From Lingula anatina (lineage: Eukaryota; Animalia; Brachiopoda), in the NCBI GenBank assembly GCA_051362555.1, contig CM120649.1, forward strand, positions 11,036,001 through 11,100,000: a stretch of 64,000 nucleotides of DNA, read 5' to 3'. Both the position numbers and the translations under genes were made by a program. Positions 25,968 to 38,666 of the stretch are shown one piece after another. A model generated the notes under the pieces. It had not been told where the DNA came from. It ran no database searches and saw only the letters and a program-made list of their open reading frames with translations. The stretch's first letter is position 1; the number at the start of each line of letters is the position of its first letter.

Positions 25968-26451
25968 TACATCGTACATGTAATGATGTGTATACCAAAC
26001 TCTCGTCATAGAGTTTTGATAAAGAAAACATTGACATTGATTTACCGGTAAGCCCAAGCTCTGATAAAGACGCAAAGAAAGCTAAGCCTGACATAGAATC
26101 GGAAATAATGCTTAAAGAATTAGACATCGAGTTGAAGAAATTAGATATTGCAAGAATAGAAAAGGAAAATGAGACGCTTGAGTTAAAAGTTAGGTTGAGA
26201 AAGATAGAACTAGAGGCTAGGGATAATCATAGTAGTAGTTTCACAAATTGTTCACAACAAGTGAGGTTTGTCCCACCCTTCAACGAAAGAGAAGTAGACA
26301 AGTTTTTTATGCATTTTGAAAAGGTTGCAAAAAACTTAGAATGGCCGATAGATAAGTGGTGTATTGTGCTCCAAAGTGTGCTCACGGAGAAGGCTCAGGA
26401 AACATATGCCGCGATTTCGTTAGAGGATAGCGGAAATTACGCGAAAGTTAA

Positions 26452-26789
26452 AGGGATAATAACTCTTCGTATGAGATCTATATTTCACAATAAAAACCTT
26501 GTGAATAACTCATAGAAATATGATATATTCTGTTTTACCACAAAAACAGCAGTTATAGCTTTTATTCTGATATTTGAACTTGTCTTTAGACCACGTGACC
26601 TCCATTGATGCCTATACTCTGTTAAAATCTCTTAAGAGATTTTAACAAAAAACTAAACTTTTTAGAAAAAAAAACAGGGACTTACTTTGAATGTAAAAAT
26701 GGATTCATTAACCATTGGTAAGTATGGGAAAAATGTTGTTTACTCCAGGAAAATTCATTTTTTGGCCGAAACGAAGAGTTATTATTGCT
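26452..26789. mobile_element. 338 bp MITE with TTAA target duplication inserted in gag (Kolobok-like)
   Basis: TTAA|AGGGATAATAACTCTTCGT ... ACGAAGAGTTATTATTGCT|TTAA; removal restores the frame YAKVKHSILKAY. Confidence 0.85.
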
Positions 26790-27962
26790 TTAAGCACTCC
26801 ATTCTCAAAGCCTATGAATTAGTACCAGAGGCGTATAGGCAGCAATTTAGAGAGTTATACAAAAGGGACGACCAAACGTTTATTGAGTTTGCGCATGAGA
26901 AAGAAATGTTATTCGATCGGTGGTGTAGGTCGAGAGATGTTGGATCAAATTTTGAGAAATTAAAGCAAATGATCTTAGTTGAGGAGTTTAAGGAATGTGT
27001 CTCAGATTCATTGAAAGTTCATATAGAAGAATCTCATGTAGATAGTTTGGAAGGTATAGCTACTATAGCCGACAACTATGCGTTAACGCATAAAAATTTT
27101 TCAAAGAGTAAAAAGGCTATGGAAAAGGTTTCTCCCAGTCAAACATTGTCACACCTGAATGAGTTTCCCCGAAATTTCCCTCGTCCTGAAAGAAGGGAGA
27201 ACCCTGGGTCAAAAGCATTTTTGGGACCATTTTGTAATTTTTGTAAGAAAAGAGGGCATATTTTGAGTGAATGTTGGACTTTGCAAAGGAAGAAAGAAAA
27301 CGAAACATTGAAATCAAATGCATTGGTATCGTCCCCTGTGGCAGATTTTAGAGATGCTACTCAGAAGGATGAGGATAGGTTTTTGCCTTTCATCTCTGAT
27401 GGGTACGTGTCTCTCGAGAACAATCCGAGTGATAAGAAACCAATTAAAATATTAAGGGATATGGGGGCTAGCCAATCCTTGTTGTTAGAGGGAGTTTTGC
27501 CTTTAGATGAAAATTCGGACACGGGTGCAGGTTCTTGCGCAGGGTATAGAATGCGGTTTCTTGAACGTCCCTTTACATTAGATTCATTTGAAATCAGATT
27601 TAGTCTCAGGTCCTGTGATAGTTGGTGTGCGTCCATCTTTACCAATCAAAGGGGTGACATTGTTGCTTGGAAATGATTTAGCAGGAGGAAAAGTGATTGC
27701 AGATCCTATAGTTTGTAAAGATCCCCATGCTCACTTTGAAAATGAGGTTGAAAGTGAACGGGCTTGCTCCGTAAATGTGCTTACCCGTGCTTTGTCAAAA
27801 ACTGATGAGAAAAAGAACGAAATGGAAGGTATAATTGATGAATGTGTTGATGATGATGGAGAAAATGAACTGGATGTTGAGAGTAGTGAGTTACAACACC
27901 CAGAGAATGACTTAGCTACCGAACAAAGAAAAGATGCTGATTTAGCTTAACTTTTCAAATTA

Positions 27963-29150
27963 GTGTTGTCTGAGGTCGAGCTAAAAAAAGTCCCTCGTGG
28001 ATATTTTATACGAGACGGAGTATTGATGAGAAAATCGAGATCTCCCGCTATACCTGCATCGGATGATTGGGCCACAATTTACCAAATTGTTGTACCTGAA
28101 AAATTCCGACCGGTGAATTTACGCGTAGCACATGATAGTCCTATGGGAGGTCACCTTGGGGTTAGAAAAACGCAAGACAAAATTATGAAATATTTTTATT
28201 GGCCAAAGATCAGACGGGACGTCTCAGAATTTTGCAAAACTTGCCATGTGTGTCAAGTGGTGGGGAAACCAAACCAAAAAATCCCATTGGCTCCACTTCA
28301 TCCAATACCAGCAGTTGACGAGCCATTTAGTAAAGTCATTGTAGATTGCGTTGGTCCTTTACCTAGAACGAAAACGGGAAACCAATTTCTACTTACAATC
28401 ATGTGTTCTTCGACACGATTACCTTTAAGAAATATCAAAGCAGCTACAGTGGCAAAGGCCATGATACATTTCTTTTCCTTTGTTGGGTTGCCGAAGGAAA
28501 TCCAGTCTGATCAAGGCTCAAACTTTACTTCATCTTTGTTTCAACAGGTCGGATCAAAGCAAATTCTCTCAAGGGCGTATCACCCGCAGTCACAGGGTGC
28601 ATTGGAAAGATTCCATGGGACCTTGAAAAACATGTTACGGACATATTGTTATGAAAATGAAAAAGACTGGGACGAAGGTGTTGATCTCCTACTGTTTGCG
28701 GTAAGAGACGCAAAACAAGAATCTCTCGGTTTTAGTCCGTTTGAGTTGGTTTTTGGACATGCTGTGCGTGGGCCGTTGATGGCATTAAAAGAAACAATGC
28801 TGGCAAAGAGTAGAAATCAAAGTAGTCCCTCACTGAATCTTCTCGATTATGTCACAAAATTTAGGCACAGATTGAATAGGGCTTGAGAATTTGCAATGAA
28901 CAATTTGAAGTCCGCGCAGATTGAAATGAAAAACTGGTACGATCAAAAATCTTGTGCCCGCGCGTTCAACATAGGTGATGACGTTTTAGTCTTGTTACCT
29001 ATTGTAGGAGATTCGTTACAGGCAAAATATCACGGTCCATATAAAGTGGTTAGAAAGATCAATGAGGTAGATTATGAAATACGAACTCCAGATCGTAAAA
29101 AAATGACTCAGTTGTGTCACATTAATATGATGAAGGCATATTTTGAACGC
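27963..29150 (+). pseudogene. Gypsy integrase region (HHCC, DDE, GPY)
   Basis: ORFs 27963-28886 and the start of 28896-29609, separated by one in-frame stop. Confidence 0.88.
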
Positions 29151-29249
29151 AAAGAAAAACGAGACAGAAGTGAAAAAGTGATGAATGTGAAATGGGTGGA
29201 GAGGAAGTCAGTTGAGGAATATGAGAACGATAGTGATGTTAAAGAAGTA

Positions 29250-30655
29250 AAACTTCACAACTCAGATGTATTAGAGAAATTAGATAGTGAATTACATCAT
29301 TTATCACCAAAAGAAAGACACGAGTTGATTGAATTGATTTTGAAATACCGGTGTCTGTTTCCTGATGTACCAAATAGGACTAATGCAGCTGTACATGACG
29401 TTGTTCTGGAGGAGTGTACTCCTATCAAACAACACTCGTACAGACTAAGTCCTACAAAGGCCGAGTCCTACATGCTCCAAAACGGTTTCATTGAATTGAG
29501 CCAGAGTAATTGGGCCTCTCCTTGTATTTTAGTAACAAAAGCAGATGGTTCAATGAGATTTTGCACTGATTTCCGTAAGCTCAATGCAGTGACCAAAACT
29601 GACGCTTAAACCATTCCTAGAATGGACGATTGTATCGACAAGATAGGGAAAGCAAAATTCATAACAAAGTGCGATTTGCTAAAAGAATATTAGTGTGTAC
29701 CGTTGTCCGAACGAGCGAAAGAAATTTCTGAGTTTGTTACACCAGGCGGTTAACACCAGTACAAAGTTATGGCGTTTGGTATGAAAAACTCGGGTGCTAC
29801 CTTCCAAAGAATGATGGATAGTTGTTTGAATAACTTGGAAGGCGTTGAGAAATATATTGACGATATTGTGATTTTCAGCAATTCTTGGAACGAACACATG
29901 ATCAAGTTGGAAGAAGTTTTCCAAAGGTTTAAACAGGCTAGTCTGAACATAAATATAGCCAAGTGTGAATTCGGTCAGGCAAAAGTTACGTATTTGGGAC
30001 ATGTCGTGGGTCAGAGGTGCGTAACACCTGTTGAAGCTAAGGTTAAAAACATCATTGATTTTCCTCAACCTCAGAACAAAAAAGAGCTTATGCAATTTCT
30101 AGGTATGTGTAGCTATTACAGGAAATTTCGCAAAAATTTTTCTGATGTTAATGCACCTTTGACCGATTTGTTAAAAAAAGAGGAATGCTTTCAACTGGTC
30201 GTTAGAGTGTGGCAACGCCTTCACTAAAGTGAAAGCGTTATTATGTTCAAAACCCGTGTTAATGGCACCTGACTTTGATAGGCCATTTAGATTAGCTATT
30301 GACGCTAGTGACGTAGGAGCGGGTGGAGTGTTATTGCAGTGTGATGTGTTTGGTATTGAACAACCTGTGGGATATTTTTCGAAGAAATTCAATTCTCATC
30401 AAAGAAATTATTCCACTATCGAAAAAGAAACGTTAGCACTAGTGTTAGCTCTGCAACGATGTCTATGTTGAATGTACATCTCAACCAGTGGTTGTGTACA
30501 CTGATCACAATCCTTTAACATTCTTGAGAAAGATGAAAAATCATGACAGACGTCTGCTTAAATGGAGTTTATTGTTGGAAGAATATAATTTGGATATTGT
30601 GCATATTAGAGGAAGAGATAATTGCATCGCCGATGCTTTGTCCAGAATATATTAA
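29250..30655 (+). pseudogene. Gypsy reverse transcriptase-RNase H region, disrupted
   Basis: WASPCILV, RFCTDFRKLN, FGMKNSGATFQR, YIDD, YLGH, DASD motifs spread across broken ORFs. Confidence 0.9.
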
Positions 30656-30795
30656 ATGTTATAGTTAATTAAGGATCATGTTGTTGTGTATATAGTAGTT
30701 ATAGTTAATTAAGGATTATGTAGTTTGTATACAGTATTTATAGGAATATTCCAAGTTTAATCTTATCAATTAAACTTGACTTAAAAGGGGAAGGG

Positions 30796-31497
30796 TGTTA
30801 CGTTGCACTAGTACTCGTGTCAATTGAATCCTATCAATGGGCATTATAACTATAGCGAGTATAACTCGTGGTTACCTTTGGTGACAACTGTGGACAAAAA
30901 TAAAGGAGCCCGGATGTGGAGGTTTTTGGACACACCCACTGAGATAGGAAGGAGAAGAGAGACGTAGGCGTGGAGAGCAAGGAGCTAGGATAGATGGACT
31001 ACAGGGTACGTCTTAACTGACCGTGAATGTATAGTACTATATATGGAGGCAAAGGAAAGTGAGTGACTGTACGTGCACTAGTACACAAGTTGATGGAAAA
31101 TATGGAAGCTGGAAAAAGCGAGTGATTGTACATGCATCAGTACACAAGTTGACGGAAAACAGAGAGAGAACTGATTGACAAAAGATAAGTAACGTTGAGA
31201 AAAAACATTGACTATTACGAACAACGTAAGGAAGGTACGTAGGCCTACACAAAGGAACAATGACAATAAAATGGAAGTGCGTGGAATGACTCTTTTATCC
31301 TGTGAATACTAACTTTGTTTGAACATTATAAAGCCCATATTAGTTAAGTTATTTAGTTCAATGTTATTGTATGTTTAGTTAGGTTTTAGTTTAATAAGTA
31401 AAATATTATCATTTTAATTTGAGGTGTTTGTTTTCATTCGTATTTATGTTTATGCTTTATATTTTTGTTACTAAAGAACTCAATATAGGACGTAACA
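30796..31497 (+). repeat. 3' LTR (702 bp) with polypurine tract
   Basis: PPT AAAAGGGGAAGGG immediately precedes TGTTACG ... CGTAACA; host array sequence resumes at 31498. Confidence 0.88.
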
Positions 31498-32054
31498 AAC
31501 TTTACAGTTGGGATATTCAGAAGTACATCCATGCTCGTCAATTTAATTGTAAAACACGATTAATAATTTCTCATTTTTAGATACATTGTTTTTTGGTTAA
31601 CATTTATAAAGAGCATAAAATAATATTTCTGTAGTATTTGACAAATTGTTTAGCTCCCTCCCATGTTGGAATTAATGTTCTTGTTCTACATAAACTAACA
31701 TATTTATTGATTGGGAAGTTAAGTAAATAATAAATTTCAGTACAAGATTGCTTGCACAAGCCCGAATATAAAAATCTCCGAAGATCTCTCAATGACTGCA
31801 CCTAAATCATCTTTAACGGAGCAAATGACACACCCTAGGAGTACTGCAAAATTCATTCTGTTCTGATAGTTCCTTTTTTTGGGGGGTGGGGGGGGGAGGA
31901 GGAGGGGGAGAGGGAGGGGGAGGTGGCCATTGCATGAGATAAACATTAAATACTGAATATTCTTATATTTAGCTTGAATTGGAGCGTCTGCATTTTCGTA
32001 CCATCTGTTTCTTCTTATTGTAAAACTATCTGGATGGTTTTGGTCACTCTTTTA

Positions 32055-32768
32055 TAGTCCATGAGCCAAAATGAAAAAAGGCCTTATTTAAGGATTTGGC
32101 TGCACCCCCTGTCACGCAAAGGTTTTATGATTGATTCTTGTAGTTTAGAACCTGAATTTTTCATTTCTGCTTGTTTCCGGCTTGAAAAAGTGTCCGTTTG
32201 TACCGGAAACAAGCAAAATCAAAGATGGCCGCCAATAAATCCATGTGTCAACTGTAAATACAAAAATTGATTTAAAAGTTACTTAACAACTTAATATTAT
32301 CAGAATATGCACTGATCACAAGTACTTAGGCCTTCTTTGATTTTTCAGGCATTTTACATTTTTCAAGATGGCGACTGAATCCAAGACGGCGGCCATTTTC
32401 CTTACGTTTTGTGAAAAAAATACAAATACCTAAATTTGATTTTTTTATTAACCAAAAATTAGGAATATTTTACACGTTTTGATGTAGTTGAATAAGTTGA
32501 AGTCTATATTTTTTAATTTTTACCAGTTAACTTATCATAAAATTGTATATTTGAACACAAATGGCTCTAATCCAAGATGGCCACCACGTAAAATGGGCTT
32601 TTTATTTTGATATGTTAACAAGCCTTTCTTAGTATAAAACATCTCAGACTACTTAATGGAGGATTTATTGCACAGGTCATGGTATGAAATATATGACTGA
32701 ATAATTTAAATTGTTTTGAGATTTTGTTCAGGGTTGAAAAATCCAAAATGGCCGCCAATTTCTGGACT
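32055..32768. mobile_element. ~0.7 kb junction element rich in (C/A)AA(G/A)ATGGC(G/C)G motifs, copy 1
   Basis: Short inverted termini AGTCCA...TGGACT; internal repeated AAGATGGCGG/AAATGGCCGCC; found only between array units. Confidence 0.6.
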
Positions 32769-33065
32769 TTAGGGCTTATTTAGGATATCTGTTTTAGACA
32801 GTTAGCAGATGTTATACTTATTGCCCAAACACACGTGATACATTTCCTTAAAGAGGGATTTTAACAGCAATTAATTATGCTAGTACAGCAATTTTTAATT
32901 TTTGATCCTATCTCTAAAGACCTCTTGTCACGGAGCCACACCAACTCCGATGCTCTACATTATATCGAGTGACAGACCAGCCTTCCAAACTCTGTGTCAA
33001 GCTTTGAAGGACTCAAGGGAGGAGCTCCTCTGAGGAGCACGTATACTCCTCTCCCCCTACTCCAA

Positions 33066-33096
<31 letters not shown>

Positions 33097-33555
33097 ATGA
33101 AGAAATAAAGACAGAAAGAGAAGGAAGAAAATCGCAGGCTTATGTTTTACGGTTAAAATGTCCTTATCTACTGTTTTATATTTTACGAGCGAAGCAAAAC
33201 ATTTTTTAAATATATTGTGCCTTCCCCGACACACAAACGCCTGTATACGACATTGACAGTGATACTTTTCGACAGTGATACTCTGCGGAGTTCAGTGACC
33301 TCATGTCGCGTCACTGACCCTACGTGCGAAGGTCACTTGACGCATGCATCGTTCTACGGTCGCCATAATAACAATTCAATAACATCCATTGCCTTTTTGT
33401 TCAACGCATTGATCGTGTGGTGCGGTGCGGTGCGTGAAGCAACAATACAACCAGATTAAAAAACCGCACAAGTAAATAGACTCTCCACTAGTAGCTTTGA
33501 CTTAAGTATAGAAGGTATGCTATTGTGCCCTTAGAGACGGGTAATCAATAGCAAA

Positions 33556-33658
33556 TGCGCATGCGCCAATTAACAATCACTACTTCCAATCCAGTCTCCT
33601 GTTATAATATACTTCGTGGAGTTATTTTGTGCACGTTTTCAGCAATAATAGGGTGAGT
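33556..33658 (+). promoter_or_regulatory. Putative promoter / non-coding first exon, unit 2
   Basis: TGCGCATGCGCCAAT; donor GTGAGT at 33653. Confidence 0.45.
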
Positions 33659-35665
33659 ACATTAACTTAATTACTAATGTCTCTATTATAACTAATTGTT
33701 TCCAGTCGGGAAAAGTTTAGGGCCGCTTGTCTGCCTTTGTGCGATCACCTGTCGTGGAAGATCGAGTATACATCGTACATGTAATGATATGTATACCAAA
33801 CTCTCGTCATAGAGTTTTGATAAGGAAAACAACAGAGGTCATGACCTCTCTACTTTCCCTGGTTTATACTCTTATTAATCTTAACGCAAACGTGCTTAAA
33901 GAGTATTATGCAGCTGACTCTCCGTCGCTGAGAAAATAAATATCTATATTCACGTCTCATGTGCATTAAGGTAAATTATAATGACACAGAAGATTACACT
34001 GTGGTTTCATTTTAGTTTTCCATGTCGCATGTCATGTCCCGTGTACTGTAAAATGACATTCCCCCTGTGAAATAGGGTTGGGTTCCAGTTGACTTCTACA
34101 GGTAAACCTCAGCCTAGATTATGCCCCTCTATACATATAACGTTACGCTAAGCCGAACTCGTATGAATGTATGATTTCCTAGTGCATGTGAAAAGGACAG
34201 AAAAGCAATAGGTGCTAATGTGCGCGTCGCATGGAGAGCGGGTACGCGTCCCTCCCTCTCGGCTTCTGAGGCATCCACTTCTCCATTCCCCTTCCTCTCC
34301 CTTTGAAAATGATTTATAGATTAAAATTATTCCAACAGTATTCGGCTGCAGGTACACTTTGGCAAAAAAGGGCAACTTGTTGAATTTCACACTTATTTTT
34401 GCTTTATAAAGGTGTACCGTGCATTTTTGTCTTCTAACTGATATCAGGGGCGAATCCAGAGATATTTTCTGATAGTCTCCCACATTGTTTTTTTGACCAT
34501 CCTCCAGTTTTTTGCTGTCTTTTGACAGAAAAAATAGGTACTCATCAATGTAAACTTAGAAATTTGACCGTCTAGCGGAAGACCCAGAAGACCGCCTCAT
34601 ACTGTATATCCTAAGACGTTGGGATCATCATTATCCTCCTCCTCCTCCTTCGTCTTTGGGCAAAATGAGAGCAATATGTTCAGACCACAGTTGTTTCCGT
34701 CTCATTATTGCATGAATTTCACTTGTTTGTAGCCCAGCATCATTCATGATAGTGTTAGAGTAAGTTACGTTTGGTCTCTGTCTCTGTTGGGTAGTAAACT
34801 TTCCAGCTGATACCCAATAGTCTTCTTAATAGCAGTGCATAAAAAACATCTATGCTGTTTTCTAACTTCTTATTTATGGGACAAAGGTCTTTGAAAAGCT
34901 CCCCCGTAGCCAGAAATTGCAATAATTACAGATTTTCACATCTTAGTAAAAATATTAAACCTTAGACTGCGCTCTCGGAGTGATTTTCTACTTTTCTATG
35001 AATCGCACTTACACACACGCGCACACGCAAATACTTGTACATTCTCTCTCAGTATAAATACTGTATATATAAAATTACACTAGTGCATGTAGAAAAGAGG
35101 TTGATAATTTAAGTGTTTAACTTTACAGTTGGAATATTAAGAAGTACACCCATGCTCGTCAATTTAATTGTAAAAAACGATTAATAATTTCTCATTTTTA
35201 GATACATTGTTTTTTGGTTAACATTTATAAAAAGCATAAAATAATATTTCTGTAGTATTTAACAAATTGTTCAGCTCCCTCCCATGTTGGAATTTATGTT
35301 CTTGTTCTACATAAACTAACATATTTATTGATTGGGAAGATAAGTTAATAATAAATTTCAGTACAAGATTGCTTGCACAAGCCAGAATATAAAAATCTCC
35401 GAAGATCTCTCAATGACTGCACCTAAATCATCTTTTACGGAGCAAATAACACACCCTAGGAGTACTACAAAATTCATTCTGTTCTGATTCTTCCTTTTTT
35501 TGGGGGGTGGGGGGGGGGGGGGGTGAGGGGGAGGTGGCCATTGCATGAGATAAACATTAAATACTGAATATTCTTATATTTAGCTTGAATTGGAGCGTCT
35601 GCATTTTCGTACCATCTGTTTCTTCTTATTGTAAAACTATCTGGATGGTTTTGGTCACTCTTTTA

Positions 35666-36364
35666 TAGTCCATGAGCCAAAATGAAAAAAAGGCCTTATT
35701 TAAGGATTTGGCTGCACCCCCCGTCACGCAAAGGTTTTATGATTGATTCTTGTAGTTTAGAACCTGAATTTTTCATTTCTGCTTGTTTCCGGCTAGAAAA
35801 AGTGTACCGGAAACAAGCAAAATCAAAGATGGCCGCCAATAAATCCATGTGTCAACTGTAAATACAAAAATTGATTTAAAAGTTACTTAACAACTAAATA
35901 TTATCAAAATATGCAATGATCACAAGTACTTAGGCCTTTTTTGATTTTTCAGGCATTTTACATTTTTCAAGATGGCGACTGAATCCAAGATGGCGGCCAT
36001 TTTCCTTACTTTTTGTGAAAAAAATACAAATACCTAAATTTGAATTTTTTTTATTAACCAAAAATTAGGAATATTTTACGTGTTTTAATGTAGTTGAAGT
36101 CTATATTTTTAATTTTTACCAGTTAACTTATCATAAAATTGTATATTTGAACACAGATGGGCCTAATCCAAGATGGCCACCACATAAAATGGGCTTTTTG
36201 TTTTGATATGTTAACAAGCCTTTCTTAGTATAAAACATCTCAGACTACTTAATGGAGGATTTATTGCACAGGTCATGGTATGAAATGTATGACTGAATAA
36301 TTTAAATTGTTTTGAGATTTTGTTCAGGGTTGAAAAATCCAAAATGGCCGCCAATTTCTGGACT
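35666..36364. mobile_element. Junction element copy 2
   Basis: Near-identical to 32055-32768, with small deletions. Confidence 0.6.
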
Positions 36365-37147
36365 TTAGGGCTTATTTAGGATATCTGTTTTAGACAGTTA
36401 GCAGATGTTATACTTATTGCCCAAACACACGTGATACATTTCCTAAAAGAGGGATTTTAACAGCAATTAATTATGCTAGTACAGCAATTTTTAATTTTTG
36501 ATCCTATCTCTAAAGACCTCTTGTCAAGGAGCCACACCAACTCCGATGCTCTACATTATATCGAGTGACAGACCAGCCTTCCAAACTCTGTGTCAAGCTT
36601 TGAAGGACTCAAGGGAGGAGCTCCTCTGAGGAGCACGTATACTCCTTTCCCCCTACTCCAATAAATAAATAAATAAATAAATAAATAAATGAAGAAATAA
36701 AGACAGAAAGAGAAGGAAGAAAATCGTAGGCCTATGTTTTACGGTTAAAATGTCCTTATCTACTGTTTTATATTTTACGAGCGAAGCAAAACATTTTTTA
36801 AATATATTGTGCCTTCCCCGACATACAAACGCCGGTATACGACATTGACAGTGATACTTTTCGACAGTGATACTCTGCGGAGTTCAGTGACCTCATGTCG
36901 CGTCACTGACCCTACGCGCGAAGGTCACTTGACGCATGCATCGTTCTACGGTCGCCATAATAACAATTCAATAACATCCATTGCCTTTTTGTTCAACGCA
37001 TTGATCGTGTGGTGCGGTGCGGTGCGTGAAGCAACAATACAACCAGATTAAAAAACCGCACAAGTAAATAGACTCTCCACTAGTAGCTTTGACTTAAGTA
37101 AAGAAGGTATGCTATTGTGCCCTTGGAGACGGGTAATCAATAGCAAA

Positions 37148-37250
37148 TGCGCATGCGCCAATTAACAATCACAACTTCCAATCCAGTCTTCTGTTATAAT
37201 ATATTTCGTGGAGTTATTTTGTGCACGTTTTCAGCAATAATAGGGTGAAA
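37148..37250 (+). promoter_or_regulatory. Putative promoter / first exon, unit 3 (donor weakened)
   Basis: TGCGCATGCGCCAAT; the donor reads GTGAAA at 37245. Confidence 0.35.
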
Positions 37251-37289
37251 ACATTAACTTAATTACTAATGTCTCTATTATAACTAATA

Positions 37290-38666
37290 GGCCCGTATTC
37301 CAAGATGTTCCTTAAAATTGGGCTAAGGTCAACTTTTATAAAGGCTTCCTTTGATGAGGTGTTCCTTGGTAAAGGAATGCATAACGAAATGGTATTCTAA
37401 GACCACACTTTAGCCTCTCCTTTGATAAGGAATTACTTTGACAAAAGTCGGCCTTTAGGTAGGGGAAACTGACATAAAGAAGCTCCTTATTGGTTAGAGT
37501 AGGCCTTTGTGACACCCTCCTCATTAAAAATGCCTCAGTAATATTGTATAATTGGGGTCAACCGATCAACTTCAGTGCATATGGACATTATCACTGCATG
37601 TGGATGTTTTGATCTAAGCCAAATTTAGTGAATAAAGCAATGGCAAGAAAAGAAAAGAATGGTTTGGAGGATGAGAAAACCAAAGTCGTGGACCCTTTTC
37701 TGATAGCAGCTACTGATGCAACTAGTCAACAGCTTATCCTCGATCAAATGTATTACTAAGGAGGTTGTTTTCACCCCTGTTAGTTTGTCTGTCTTTTTGT
37801 TACCTCCACCAAGGAGGTTATGTTTTCATCCGTTTGTTTGTCTGTCTGCCTCTCTGTCTGTCTGTCTGTCTGTTTGTTTGTCATCAACATAACTCAAAAA
37901 GTCACGGGCCGATTTTTATGAAATGTTAAGGGTAGGTCAGAAATGGGTTAACTTAAAAGTGGTTAGATTTTGGTGGTGATCAAGATCAATAATCAATCAA
38001 TTATCATTAATAAAAAAACTCAAAAAGTTATGGACCGATTTTTATGAAATTTACAGGGAAGGTCAGAAATGGGTTAACTTAGAAGTGGTTAGTTTTTGGT
38101 GATGATCAAGATCAATGATCAATCAATGATCAATCATCACAAATAACTCAAAAAGTTATGCGCTGATTGTGGTGAAATTTTCAGAAACTGTCACAAGTGG
38201 GCCAAGGAACAGATGATTCTTTTTTGGTGGTGATCTGGATCAATAATCAATCAATAATCAAAAATCAAAAAACTTAATCATTATAGAATGAAAATTAGGT
38301 GGAGACTTTGCTCTCGGAGTGCTTTTCTAGTTTAATTTAATTATTTTGAATTTAGGTAGGCATGTTGGTTTACATAGTCCTCCATGGAGCTGATTTTCAC
38401 AAGAGAAATGTACACGATGGCTGCTTAAGGAGGACTACAAGTTACTCCAGACCAACCTTACATTTTAAGGAATCCTCAGCCGAAAATAAAGGAAATCTTT
38501 AAGCAAAAGCAGATTCTAGAAATGACCGATTCCTTTGCTACGGATGATTGTTAAGTGATTCCTTTCAAGTGAGATAAAGAAAGGTCTTGGAATACAAATG
38601 TTGTACATGTATAAGGTCGACTTTAAGTCTCCCTTAACGCTAAAGGGAGATTCTGGAATACGGGCC
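37290..38666. mobile_element. 1.38 kb non-autonomous DNA transposon (PIF/Harbinger-like termini)
   Basis: Perfect 13 bp TIR GGCCCGTATTCCA / TGGAATACGGGCC; absent from units 1, 2 and 4 (empty site ACTAATTGTTTCC). Confidence 0.8.
37800..38332 (+). mobile_element. Helentron-associated (HINE/DINE-1-like) element nested in the previous element
   Basis: 5' TTACCTCCACCAAGGAGG, (GTCT/GTTT)n microsatellite, ~120 bp internal tandem repeats, 3' GGTGGAG subterminal repeat, short hairpin GCTCTCGGAGTGC and CTAGTT end. Confidence 0.7.

Larger units (their letters stand above)
26031..31497 (+). mobile_element. Decayed Gmr1-like Ty3/Gypsy LTR retrotransposon (gag-PR-INT-RT-RH), 5' truncated
   Basis: Gag with AYELVPEAYRQQFR and a CCHC knuckle (CNFCKKRGHILSEC). 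Protease ILRDMGASQS. Integrase HHCC plus D-D-E (IVDCVG, SDQGSNF, GALERF) and GPY. Then RT (YIDD) and RNase H (DASD..EKE..DH..ADALSR, ending ~30655). Several stops and frameshifts. Confidence 0.93.

Noticed and set aside
37890-38270. CRISPR-like repeat array
   Set aside because: Eukaryotic context; these are ~120 bp tandem repeats without unique spacers inside a HINE, and there are no cas genes.
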